Below, one piece after another: positions 31,370 to 40,982 of a stretch of 64,000 nucleotides of DNA (position 1 is the first letter of the stretch; every line of letters begins with the position of its first letter). Source of the DNA: Candidatus Microgenomates bacterium (GTDB lineage Bacteria; Patescibacteriota; Microgenomatia; UBA8517); NCBI GenBank assembly GCA_049523135.1, contig JBEKNE010000001.1, positions 455,009 through 519,008 on the forward strand. The letters run 5' to 3'. The position numbers and the translations under genes are program-made. Under the pieces are notes generated by a model. The model did no database searches and was not told where the DNA came from. It saw only the letters and a program-made list of their open reading frames with translations.

Positions 31370-31675
31370 AGCATTACTGACAGCATATATGACAAATTCT
31401 GTACAAGCTTGAAGGAAGAAGATGTGGAAGTTGATAGCCGACTAACCGCTCTTCAAAACGCACAAGATAACTACTACATCACGGCTAATTACATCTTAGA
31501 ATTGTCAAAACGAGCTTATAAATTATTCCTAAGTTCGGAAATGGAAGAAAGAAGGCAACTTTTGAAATTAGTATTCTCGAACCTTACCATAGACGGCAAA
31601 AGTGTCCGTATTCAAGCCCAAAAACCCTTTGATACTATCTTCAAATGCGCTAACAGTCTCTCTTGGGGTGGCTGA
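31370..31675 (+). pseudogene. C-terminal remnant of a large serine recombinase
   Basis: ERRQLLKLVFSNLTIDG...KPF parallels the tail of the 45666 integrase (TRQYVLKILGSDLILLD...KAF) and runs into a tRNA 3' end. Confidence 0.7.
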
Positions 31676-31740
31676 CGCGATTCGAACGCGCAACCCCTAG
31701 GTCCACAACCTAGTGCTCTAACCATTGAGCTACAGCCACC
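31664..31740 (-). tRNA. tRNA-His(GUG)
   Basis: Cloverleaf, G-1, CTAGG-TTGTGGA-CCTAG, encoded CCA. Confidence 0.95.
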
Positions 31741-31800
31741 AAGTCACAACGATATTTTACCATTTAGGCAGATATATAACCAATTATAGAAATGTTCCCT

Positions 31801-34800
31801 TTAGAAACACCACCAGAGGAGGCAGAATTTTTGGAGTGTGGAAGTTGAACTTGGAGCTTCTGTTGTTTCCGTCTGTGTTTGATCGTATGTGTTTGTGGTT
31901 ACGGGTTGGAATGTCGGTGACGCTGTCGAGGTGGGTTGGATTATTTCTGTGGGTTTAATTATTGAAGATAGATAATTTAATATTTGATTAACCACAACGC
32001 CCGTGTTTTCATAATAGAACATACTTTTACTGCTTGATTTTGAAACGGTTGTAACAGCCGCCGTGTTGCTCCAATTTCCTGTAGCACATCCATTCCCGGA
32101 TCTAACGGTAAAATAATATTTTGTTACCGGCTGAAGCATGTAAATTGTGTATTTTATTGCACCATTGGAATAACCTTGAGGAAATTCAACACCATATTGC
32201 CAAATACCAGGTTTGGAAGAATAACTTATATAAAAAGAGGAGTATGGGGGATATGGTGGAGCAAAATACAGAGTGGCGCTATTTTTGGTAGCCATTATTT
32301 CATAAAGATCGGGGGTTCCCGGCCCGATGGTATTCCCGCAACTTGGTGCACCGACGTTTGAATTGAAAGGTGAGTTATTATCAGTTGTTAAACTTGACTC
32401 TTCGGGAGTCGGTGTTGGAGATTCTGTCGGCACAGGAGTTGCAGTAGGTGTCTCTGTCGGAGACTCGGTTGGTGTTGGTATTCCAGCCAATGGATCTTTA
32501 TATATCATTATTTTCCATCTATTAATATCGGCTACAAACATGTTATTAGATGAGTCAAAAGTAATTGAATAAGGCATAGCATAAAAATCATTAAATTCTC
32601 CGGAATATGTTATATGAGCCGGAACGCCGGTAAAGTAATCGAGTGAATGATTACTGTTTTGATATTCGCCCATCGAGTTGTAACCGACAACCATATTGTT
32701 ATTAGAATCAAACGCCGGCTGGAATACGTGTCGATCGTTTATGACAATGTTGTCTGCTGGTACATCAAAAACGGTAGTATCGCTATCGGCAGGAAAATCC
32801 GAAGCGTTGTATTCCAAAAGTCTGGCATTACCTTCTAATTCAAGCGAATTATCCGAAACATATATATTTCCATAATTATCAATGGTAACCGCTCCGGGCG
32901 CACATAAAGTTGAGTTGGTTGCTTCAGATGATGATGGGGTATCACTGGATTGGTTGCATAAAACCCCTGAAATACTGGTTTGGCCAAGTACGACATCAAC
33001 CTGAGGATCGGTAATGGGATTCCTTATTCTTACAACCCTATTACTGAAGTTATAAGCAACCCAAAGGTAATTTCCGTCGGAAGACGGATAAAGGCCGTCT
33101 GGCGATATATTGTCTAAAGATATAGGATTAACATCCTCTCCGTCGATATCCTTAAGCGATCTTCCGGAAATTGTAGCAATCGGGGATTGGTTATTGCCAA
33201 CAAGAGGAAGGTCGTAAATTTCAATATCATAGTTATGTGCAACATAAAGATGTCCTGATTTATCAATCGCTATACGGCCATAAAGAGGGTTACTTGAGTT
33301 AAAATCGTTTACACCAACAACACCAGAAGCTAGAGATCCATTAGCGGCATCCAATGGATTGTTCCAATAAAGAATCCTATCGGTATCACCGACAATAAGC
33401 TGATGGGTATCCCCATTATCATACACAGCAACTCCATCCGGACCTAAAAGTCCTTTTCCCGACAGATAATTATATCCACCTGCTTGAATACCATAAAGAT
33501 TATAATCGGCACGTACAAGTTCTCCATATGTAGGTGTAGGAATTGGCGCATGGTATCGAATGACGTTCTGATTTCCACCGTCAGAAATAGTGAAAAGGTC
33601 ATCACTGCTGCTTATTCCAATTGAAGCACCGGTATCCTGATAGCAAATACCAATGGAAGATAAACAACTTGGAGAATCTGGACTTCTATCACTGGGGTTA
33701 TATTCATCTTCATTAATAACCTTTTTTACTGTAGTTCCTGCAGTATCCCAAAGTTCTATCATGTGATTGCCTTCATCGTTAATCCAAATTCCTCCGCTAT
33801 TTGCATCTCCCGGAATTTGTACATCAAATTCAATACCTGTCGGATTATTAAATCCAATTCCACCGGATCCCCAAATCGTCCCAGCAGCATCATCTACAAG
33901 ATTATCCTTAGAAAAAAATAAAATTCTATTATTCCCGGTGTCAGCTACGTATACATTACCGCTCGTGTCAACCCTGACGGCTGTAGGATGTGACATTTCG
34001 TCAATATTACATACGGGTGGGTTTAAAGAACATGTACCGTCATCGCAATCACCGTCCGATATACAAAATCTGCCAATATCAGTTGTACCACCGACACAAG
34101 AGCCGTACGGTGTACAATCGGAACCCGTCGAACAACTATTATTGAAATGGTCACAGGATCCCTGACCGCCATTCCCCGTATCCATTGATTGTTGGCCTAG
34201 AACAAGATCTGCAGTGCTTGAAGCGTGTCCTAACCCTGAATCATAAGGAAAACGTAAAACACGGTTATTGAGCGAGTCCGCTACCCAAAGATTTCCAGCC
34301 GAGTCTACATCGACACCCATACCAAAAGAATCGTGGTATGAGTCATTAACACCCAAACAGAGAGTATTATCAGAGGGTGCGTCCTGACCGCGGTTACATT
34401 GATAATCGCTAAAAAGTGCTTGTCCCCAAACCACGGTTGCGGATTGACCCGAGCTTCCATCGGCAGGATTACTGTACATTAAGACTCTGTTATTTAACCA
34501 ATCTGGAAAATAAAGATTATGATTGGAATCCACAGCAAAACTTTGAAAAGAACCTCCTTCAAGAGGACTTGTTTGAATTGGGGGCATTCCACAAAGAGTG
34601 GAGGCTGAAGGAACGGGAAATGCGGGATAAGTTTGATATCCTGAATCCCCGTTACAAGCACTTCTGGTAAAATCGGGTTGACCCAGAACATGGTCGGCAC
34701 CTTTATTGGTGTTCAAATCACAAGTTGAACCGGGGCAATCATCATCTGATGTGCAGGCAGTTGAACCATCGTTATGACAGACCCCTAACGATTTGTAGAC

Positions 34801-35091
34801 TAATATTCGACTATTAGCGCTATCGGAAACATATAAAGTATTGGGGTGAGTACCCCTGTCCATTAGGGCGCCACCGGGATTATTTACTTTAAATGCAGTT
34901 TTTTCATTTCTTGTCCCTTCAGTAAAATCTAATTGACCCAAAACTTTATCTGCCCAAAAATCACCGGAGGTACCTCTAACTGCGTCGGCATTTGTTACGT
35001 TAATAAAATTGAAAATAAAAACAAGACCAAGAAGAACTGCAACAACAGGAAAAATAAAAATTAAATTCAGCCTTTTAGGCAGTATTTTCAC
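31801..35091 (-). CDS. large surface protein: NHL beta-propeller repeats, Cys-rich inserts, PT linker, FN3-like domain
   Basis: Repeated VD..GN.YVAD..NNR.L and VLGQ motifs, CxxDxDC inserts, C-terminal KFCLLWWCF. Confidence 0.85.
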   Translation of the reverse strand: MKILPKRLNLIFIFPVVAVLLGLVFIFNFINVTNADAVRGTSGDFWADKVLGQLDFTEGTRNEKTAFKVNNPGGALMDRGTHPNTLYVSDSANSRILVYKSLGVCHNDGSTACTSDDDCPGSTCDLNTNKGADHVLGQPDFTRSACNGDSGYQTYPAFPVPSASTLCGMPPIQTSPLEGGSFQSFAVDSNHNLYFPDWLNNRVLMYSNPADGSSGQSATVVWGQALFSDYQCNRGQDAPSDNTLCLGVNDSYHDSFGMGVDVDSAGNLWVADSLNNRVLRFPYDSGLGHASSTADLVLGQQSMDTGNGGQGSCDHFNNSCSTGSDCTPYGSCVGGTTDIGRFCISDGDCDDGTCSLNPPVCNIDEMSHPTAVRVDTSGNVYVADTGNNRILFFSKDNLVDDAAGTIWGSGGIGFNNPTGIEFDVQIPGDANSGGIWINDEGNHMIELWDTAGTTVKKVINEDEYNPSDRSPDSPSCLSSIGICYQDTGASIGISSSDDLFTISDGGNQNVIRYHAPIPTPTYGELVRADYNLYGIQAGGYNYLSGKGLLGPDGVAVYDNGDTHQLIVGDTDRILYWNNPLDAANGSLASGVVGVNDFNSSNPLYGRIAIDKSGHLYVAHNYDIEIYDLPLVGNNQSPIATISGRSLKDIDGEDVNPISLDNISPDGLYPSSDGNYLWVAYNFSNRVVRIRNPITDPQVDVVLGQTSISGVLCNQSSDTPSSSEATNSTLCAPGAVTIDNYGNIYVSDNSLELEGNARLLEYNASDFPADSDTTVFDVPADNIVINDRHVFQPAFDSNNNMVVGYNSMGEYQNSNHSLDYFTGVPAHITYSGEFNDFYAMPYSITFDSSNNMFVADINRWKIMIYKDPLAGIPTPTESPTETPTATPVPTESPTPTPEESSLTTDNNSPFNSNVGAPSCGNTIGPGTPDLYEIMATKNSATLYFAPPYPPYSSFYISYSSKPGIWQYGVEFPQGYSNGAIKYTIYMLQPVTKYYFTVRSGNGCATGNWSNTAAVTTVSKSSSKSMFYYENTGVVVNQILNYLSSIIKPTEIIQPTSTASPTFQPVTTNTYDQTQTETTEAPSSTSTLQKFCLLWWCF

Positions 35092-35155
35092 AGATTCATC
35101 TTATCATTATATTTATGGCCAAAACAAGCTTCTTATAACCGACTTCACGAAGAAA

Positions 35156-35668
35156 TTATATTTTAGAGGAAGGGTCGATCCAAAGCATCCAACCTTCAAC
35201 CCATGTCCGGTCATGAACATCGAGTGTGTCGTACCATTTTTTACGAAATTCATTATCTGAAATTGTCCAAATTCCGGGCCGGGAATTGGAAGGATCAACA
35301 AGAGTAAGAGCCCTCAATTTATGATCGTAATCTCCTGCAATAGAGTAGTGACCATCTGCCTTATCTTCTTTATCTACGTCATCCCACCAGTCAAGAATTA
35401 CGATATGACCATTTTTTAAATGAGATGAAATGTCTTTAAATGTGGCATTGTGTTTGTAATTGACAATCTTAAAAAATTTACTTAAATAGGCAAGGATTAT
35501 TTGCTGAGTTGTACCCCACCAATCTTTATATACATCGCGGGCAATTTCAACCTGAGTTTTATTTATTCCACAGGCAAGAAGCACCATTTGAATAACTGCA
35601 GGACCGCAAAATCCGGGTTTTTCCTGAAATCTATGATATTTTTTCCAAGCCTCAATACTTATTTGCAC
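35156..35668 (-). CDS. C39-family cysteine peptidase
   Basis: QEKPGFCGPA (Q..C), GHY, DP. Confidence 0.8.
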   Translation of the reverse strand: MQISIEAWKKYHRFQEKPGFCGPAVIQMVLLACGINKTQVEIARDVYKDWWGTTQQIILAYLSKFFKIVNYKHNATFKDISSHLKNGHIVILDWWDDVDKEDKADGHYSIAGDYDHKLRALTLVDPSNSRPGIWTISDNEFRKKWYDTLDVHDRTWVEGWMLWIDPSSKI

Positions 35669-35725
35669 ATTAAAATTATATCATTCTTCTTGCTATTAAA
35701 GTGAAATTATCTATATAATTACTTA

Positions 35726-36391
35726 ATGGCAGATAAAGAGGAAATAAAAGAAAGAAAGAGAATGATTGTGGAAGAAGTTAAGGAACCCACAACCACAACT
35801 CCCCAAATATTACCCGAGGCTGCTAAAGTATCATCAACGGTTCTTGAAGAGGAAGATAAAAGCGGAGAAAAAAGTATTATTGATGAAAATGTAGCGCCTG
35901 TTCCCACTCAACCTAAAAAATCTTCTTCACTCGCTCTTTGGATAATTATCCCCCTTATTTTTATATTGGGAGCGATTCTTGGAGGTGTTGTTTTTTATTT
36001 AAAGGGTGTAAATAAAGGACAGGAAGAATCCAATACTCCTACACCGGAAGCCTCTATCGCCACACCGGCTCCTTTAGCCAGTCCTTCCGCTACTATTGAT
36101 CTGACAAAATACTCAATTACCGTTTTTAATGGTTCCGGAATAGCAGGTGAAGCCGGTAAAGTTAAAGATTTGCTGACATCTGCGGGGTTTACGGTAGGAT
36201 CAACCGGAAATGCGGCTACATATGACTACACAAAAACAATTATTAAAGCCAAAACTACCGTTGATGCAGATTTCCTTACACAACTTTCCATGACCTTGAG
36301 TAAAAACTATGTTTTGGATTCAAATCAAACATTGGCAACTTCTTCCGCAGTTGATGTACAGGTTTTTGTAGGATCTTCAAAAGCGCAATAA
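35726..36391 (+). CDS. membrane protein with LytR C-terminal domain
   Basis: TM plus VFNGSGIAGEAG..L...GF.V...GNA, DVQVFVG. Confidence 0.85.
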   Translation: MADKEEIKERKRMIVEEVKEPTTTTPQILPEAAKVSSTVLEEEDKSGEKSIIDENVAPVPTQPKKSSSLALWIIIPLIFILGAILGGVVFYLKGVNKGQEESNTPTPEASIATPAPLASPSATIDLTKYSITVFNGSGIAGEAGKVKDLLTSAGFTVGSTGNAATYDYTKTIIKAKTTVDADFLTQLSMTLSKNYVLDSNQTLATSSAVDVQVFVGSSKAQ

Positions 36392-36405
36392 TAAAATTTT
36401 TCTTG

Positions 36406-36476
36406 AGCGGGTAGGGGGAATCGAACCCCCGTCAAAAGCTTGGAAAGCTCCTATTCTACCATTGAACCATACCCGC
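36406..36476 (-). tRNA. tRNA-Gly(UCC)
   Basis: Cloverleaf, anticodon loop TTTCCAA. Confidence 0.95.
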
Positions 36477-36501
36477 GAGTTGTAATATTATATCAAATTT
36501 G

Positions 36502-36574
36502 TCGGAGTGCCCGGGCTCGAACCGGGGACCTCCACGTCCCAAACGTGGCGCGCTACCAACTGCGCTACACTCCG
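36502..36574 (-). tRNA. tRNA-Pro(UGG)
   Basis: CCACG-TTTGGGA-CGTGG. Confidence 0.95.
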
Positions 36575-36764
36575 TGGTGCCGAACTCGGTGTTATACTCG
36601 GACCTGTTCAGCTACTTCAATGATACCACACCTGAGGCTGGGATTCTGGCCGGACAGTTGGAACTTTTGAAGGCTCACCTGGGTGAAAGTTTTGCGATTG
36701 TTCATTAGTATTGTTTTCTTAGAGCCCTTGTGCTACATTCGACTCATCTTCTGCCTGGGTATAT

Positions 36765-38003
36765 ATGTTTCGCGAACTTAATTTTGTTTTAACATTTATT
36801 CGGGATTTTATTGTCAAAAATGATTTGATTGCAAAATATTCCGTTCTGTCTGGGCACTACAGTAAAGCACAAGAAACAGGAACTGCGGGATCTGGGGAAG
36901 GTCTAAAGGACGAAATAGATACAGTTAAGAAACAAATTTTTGAAATACACGCTTCCGTAAATTTTGAGGTTTGGAGTTCTCCCAAAATAAGCATTCTGGA
37001 GCGGATGGTGGCTAAAGACTATATAGGGCCAGGTGCCATGACTGCGTTAAATAAGATTTTGAATGATAGCATCGGAAATCCCCTTAAAATCTCACAGGCA
37101 ATAACGGTTTTTCAAAATTCCACAAACGAACTCTTGACCCGGACGAACCAGGCGATTGCTACTTTAGGCTTAACAAATTTTACCGAGGACGTCCCAGCGG
37201 ACCGGCAACTATTGGAAATCAGTTTCTCCGATAACTCTCTAACCAAAAATTTCTGGTATCTAAAGGATACGGCTGCCGGATGGAGCACAATAATACGTGC
37301 CGTAACTAGACTAACTGGTGACAACTTTGAGACTGTTGAGATTCTCTCTCAAACCAGCGGCTCTCCCGATTGGGGTATTTTAATTTCTTCAACCAAAGCC
37401 GCTAGTGGGGTTTTAATTCAGCTCGTAGATTTTGCAATGAAACTTAAAACTATAAAAGATACCTTTTTCAAAAAGAAGGCCAAAGTTGAGGATGTTGGAC
37501 TTCCCAATAAAAAGACGCTTGAACTTGCAATAAAAGATTTGGAAGTAGAAAGGGATGACGGCTTCAAAGCAAAGCTTGGAGAATTTTCCATAAAAATGGT
37601 TAATGAAAGTAAGGGTGAAATTAAAGGTGAAAACAAGAACGAACTGAATACACTCACCCAAACAGCACTGAAAATTTTAGAGAATTTTGCAAGTTCGGGA
37701 GTAAAAGTTGTAGACCCGAGAGAAATAGTTCCTGTCCCGGAAGCGGACACGCCAACAACTCTTGGTCCAATCTATTCGGAAGATAAGGTCCTTAGTGATG
37801 AAGTTCGTGTTTTGTCAGAAGCTGAAAAACAAAAGTTTCTTGAAGCAAAACATGAAGAAATGGTGGACGAAATGGAAGTTTCAAAAGTACAGAAGCCAAC
37901 AGAAGAAATCGTTGAAGTTAAAAAAGGCCCGGGAAGACCACCCAAAACAAAACCAGCTACAGTAGTAGAGAAAAAGGTCAAAATTGTAGAAAAGAAAATT
38001 TAA
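36765..38003 (+). CDS. hypothetical protein with AT-hook-like C-terminal tail
   Basis: 412-aa ORF; KKGPGRPPK within a Lys/Glu-rich tail. Confidence 0.7.
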   Translation: MFRELNFVLTFIRDFIVKNDLIAKYSVLSGHYSKAQETGTAGSGEGLKDEIDTVKKQIFEIHASVNFEVWSSPKISILERMVAKDYIGPGAMTALNKILNDSIGNPLKISQAITVFQNSTNELLTRTNQAIATLGLTNFTEDVPADRQLLEISFSDNSLTKNFWYLKDTAAGWSTIIRAVTRLTGDNFETVEILSQTSGSPDWGILISSTKAASGVLIQLVDFAMKLKTIKDTFFKKKAKVEDVGLPNKKTLELAIKDLEVERDDGFKAKLGEFSIKMVNESKGEIKGENKNELNTLTQTALKILENFASSGVKVVDPREIVPVPEADTPTTLGPIYSEDKVLSDEVRVLSEAEKQKFLEAKHEEMVDEMEVSKVQKPTEEIVEVKKGPGRPPKTKPATVVEKKVKIVEKKI

Positions 38004-38551
38004 GCCTGCATCAGTCGTTGTTGGAATCTTTTTTCAATTTCTTCCATTTTCCATTGATTATCTTTTATCTTTGAAAGTTTTTCTTTAGCCTCCCTCTTTT
38101 TTATGGAATAGGTACCTGGGTCTTTAAGCTGGACCTTATAGGTAGTGTTATCAAGTTCATTAATACATTGCACAAGAGACGAGTAATCGCAAGCATAATT
38201 TATAAAATAGCGTGCATAATCTGCCCAATCTTGATAAACAAAACTCTTTTCATCTGCTGTACTATATTTATATTTTTCTTCAAGTCTTATAAATTTCTCT
38301 CTCAACGCAAGAGAAGTCTTTAATTGTTTAACTGTATTTTCTATTCGTTCCTTTTTACTTGCCTTAGACCCATCAAAAAGAAGATTTTCTGGTATATCAC
38401 TTACGTCTATCGGTTGTATAGTTTCCCAATTTTTTCCTGATAGAGTTGTATAAATCTCACTATTTATACTATTCTCAAGAGTAAGTTTTGCCACATGATA
38501 GTATTTATCTCCATATTCAGTAAGTTGTTTTATGTTTTTTCTAGCTTTCAT
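38000..38551 (-). CDS. hypothetical protein
   Basis: 183-aa ORF co-oriented with the Mrr and FtsK-like genes. Confidence 0.65.
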   Translation of the reverse strand: MKARKNIKQLTEYGDKYYHVAKLTLENSINSEIYTTLSGKNWETIQPIDVSDIPENLLFDGSKASKKERIENTVKQLKTSLALREKFIRLEEKYKYSTADEKSFVYQDWADYARYFINYACDYSSLVQCINELDNTTYKVQLKDPGTYSIKKREAKEKLSKIKDNQWKMEEIEKRFQQRLMQA

Positions 38552-38586
38552 TAATCACGATTATACACTTGTTTTAAATATCGTAT

Positions 38587-39345
38587 TTAGGACAGACTTT
38601 CTAGTATACTTCCAATTTCGGGCAACTGATCACCCTCAATTAACAAAACATTATTTTTTTGAGCAAGGGCTTTTGCAGACCTGGTAAATGTAGAATTTGT
38701 GACAACGATAGCAAAGTCACCTTGATAATAATTTTTAGCTGCTACAATTTCCTGTACAGCTTTATTGCCAACCGGTTTTGTATAACGCTTCGCTTGTATA
38801 ATATATTTTCTGTTATTTTTTGAGGCTATCACATCTGCTCCCTGATCACCGGTTTTTGGAGTTCCCCTAACATCGTAGCCCAAATCTTTTAAATTGTGTT
38901 CAATGAATCCTTCAAAATCTACTCCACTCATATCATTAAGTGATGTCTCTTTAGGCAAATTTTTACCCTTTGTCTTGTAAAAATCTTTAAATATTTTATC
39001 AAGATCTTCAAAATATAGTTTGATAAAAAACTGGGATAAATCTATATATTCATCATTTGTTTTAGAAAGTGCAAATCTAAGATATTGACCCATCTGTGAA
39101 ATCAAGATATCTCTAGGTGCTCCCGAGACTTCCATTCGTTCATTTTCTAAAAAAAGATTGTCCATAAATCTTTGGGAAATGCCAAGCGTCGAAGAAATTT
39201 TTTCAATACATCTTTGCTTTTCGGCCGCAACAGATTCCCAGTCCTCTTGCCCGTATTCATCAATGATTCCGACTTTCCTGGACGTTATTTCACAAAACTT
39301 GTTTATAACATCTCTGTTTTTATCCAAAAAACTTTTATATTCCAT
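38587..39345 (-). CDS. Mrr-type restriction endonuclease domain protein
   Basis: MSG.DFE, GDQGADVIA...IIQAKRY, VVTNS.FT..A..LA. Confidence 0.88.
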   Translation of the reverse strand: MEYKSFLDKNRDVINKFCEITSRKVGIIDEYGQEDWESVAAEKQRCIEKISSTLGISQRFMDNLFLENERMEVSGAPRDILISQMGQYLRFALSKTNDEYIDLSQFFIKLYFEDLDKIFKDFYKTKGKNLPKETSLNDMSGVDFEGFIEHNLKDLGYDVRGTPKTGDQGADVIASKNNRKYIIQAKRYTKPVGNKAVQEIVAAKNYYQGDFAIVVTNSTFTRSAKALAQKNNVLLIEGDQLPEIGSILESLS

Positions 39346-39349
39346 ATTT

Positions 39350-40789
39350 TTATTTGTTTTTATTACGCCACTTACCCCTTGTAAATTCCAAACCCCTGTT
39401 TCTCATGTCCCTTAAGTGCGATATCTCACTTTCAAAAGCTACATCCTTATCTACAATATCTTTTGGATATTTGGCCGCAGTCCCTTCGTGTTCATTTTTT
39501 CCATAAGTATCAAAAAATTCTTGAGCATTTTGTATCAAAACCTCCTGGGGTTTACTAGATCCATCAGCCGCTGCAATTACCCCCGCTGCTACAAGTTGGT
39601 CCATCATTCTTGCCGCACGAGCGTAGCCTATCGATAGCCTTCTCTGTAAAAGCGAGGCTGTAGCTCTATCATATTGGCAAACAGTTTTAACGGCTTCAGG
39701 AAAAAGATCGTCAACTCCGCTGGATGTTGAACTTACTGCCTTTTCTGAATACTGGCTAGGAATACCCTGATCTTTTATAAATGTAATTAACCTTATAAGG
39801 TCTTTATCAATTAACTTTGGGCTTTGTAAACAAGTGGGGAAGATCTCTTTGTTTTTAACGAACACGAAATCATGGGGAGCAAGGAATGATACCGATCGTG
39901 CTATTGTAGATTGATTTTCATTTCTTGCCTCGGATGAAAACGCAATTCTAGATTGAATCATGTTTACAAACTCCCTATCTGGCTTTGTACTTGATAAAAC
40001 AGCATAAATTCCAGTTTTTTGTCCAGTTTCAAAAATTCTACCTAGTCCGTCTCTGTACTCCATTGGTGAGAAGGCGTCAATTTCTAAACAATCGTCAATA
40101 AATGTAACTATGTAGGGTAGTGCTTGGAAGCCAGACATTTCATTATATACATCAATATTTTTAGCTCCTGCTTCTACAAAAAGTTTATACCGCCTACTCA
40201 TTTCTGCCATTAACCACCTAAGGGCGGAGATTACTTTTTCCGGTTCAACAATTACAGGCGATAGAAGATGGGGAATACCGTTAAAACAGGTTAAACCAAG
40301 TTTAGATGGATCAACAATTATGAGTTTTACCTCACTTGGTGAAGCCCTGAATAGTAAAGATGCTAAAAATATTTTTATTAAAGAAGTCTTACCTGAATTG
40401 TCATTTCCAGTAATCAATAAGTTTGAAGTAATTGCGAGATCACTTGATATGGGATTTCCTAGAGCGTCAAAGCCCAAGGCCACTCCCAACTTTGAAGTAA
40501 TTTTTCGCATAGGTTCACTTAACAGAATTGAATAGAATGAACTTTGCTCACCGTCAAGTAAGGACACCGGCGGATACTTCCAAATTCTCTCTTTCCCCGG
40601 AACATTACTGACTAGTTTTTGCTCGAGTGGCTCCTTAGGGACGTAGTTGATTCGAGGCGAAACCTGTTTGTAGGCCGTAAAAAGAGGCTTTGTCTCTAAT
40701 GCTGATATACCCTTATTCTTTCGTTTGGAACTGACCGCTAGAACAAGAATAACTAAAATAGCAAGTACTACCCAACCCATTTGAAACAA
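39350..40789 (-). CDS. truncated/degenerate FtsK-like protein with gamma domain
   Basis: Single N-terminal TM, ITGNDNSGKT, IVDP, IVTFIDD, ASLLQRRLSIGYARAARMMDQL. Confidence 0.85.
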   Translation of the reverse strand: MFQMGWVVLAILVILVLAVSSKRKNKGISALETKPLFTAYKQVSPRINYVPKEPLEQKLVSNVPGKERIWKYPPVSLLDGEQSSFYSILLSEPMRKITSKLGVALGFDALGNPISSDLAITSNLLITGNDNSGKTSLIKIFLASLLFRASPSEVKLIIVDPSKLGLTCFNGIPHLLSPVIVEPEKVISALRWLMAEMSRRYKLFVEAGAKNIDVYNEMSGFQALPYIVTFIDDCLEIDAFSPMEYRDGLGRIFETGQKTGIYAVLSSTKPDREFVNMIQSRIAFSSEARNENQSTIARSVSFLAPHDFVFVKNKEIFPTCLQSPKLIDKDLIRLITFIKDQGIPSQYSEKAVSSTSSGVDDLFPEAVKTVCQYDRATASLLQRRLSIGYARAARMMDQLVAAGVIAAADGSSKPQEVLIQNAQEFFDTYGKNEHEGTAAKYPKDIVDKDVAFESEISHLRDMRNRGLEFTRGKWRNKNK

Positions 40790-40982
40790 TTATAACTCTA
40801 TTATTAAATTTGCGTAGATGTTTTTGTGTTTCGGTCGGATTAGCCGTACAACCGCCATTTTGCGACGCAAATTCGAGGCTAACAACTTAATTTTCAATCG
40901 CCTCAGGCATAAACCCAATTAATTTACAGCCTATAATTAGAGCTTTTTGATTATGTACCTATGTTAAAATAGATGTGGATAA

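Noticed and set aside
32400-32480. Repetitive DNA
   Set aside because: It encodes a Pro/Thr linker, as do similar tracts in the lipoprotein genes.
36595-36604. ACTCGGACC shared with the tRNA-Leu T arm as an extended att repeat
   Set aside because: Its spacing from the core differs (12 vs 7 nt), so it may be chance. I did not use it to define the boundaries.
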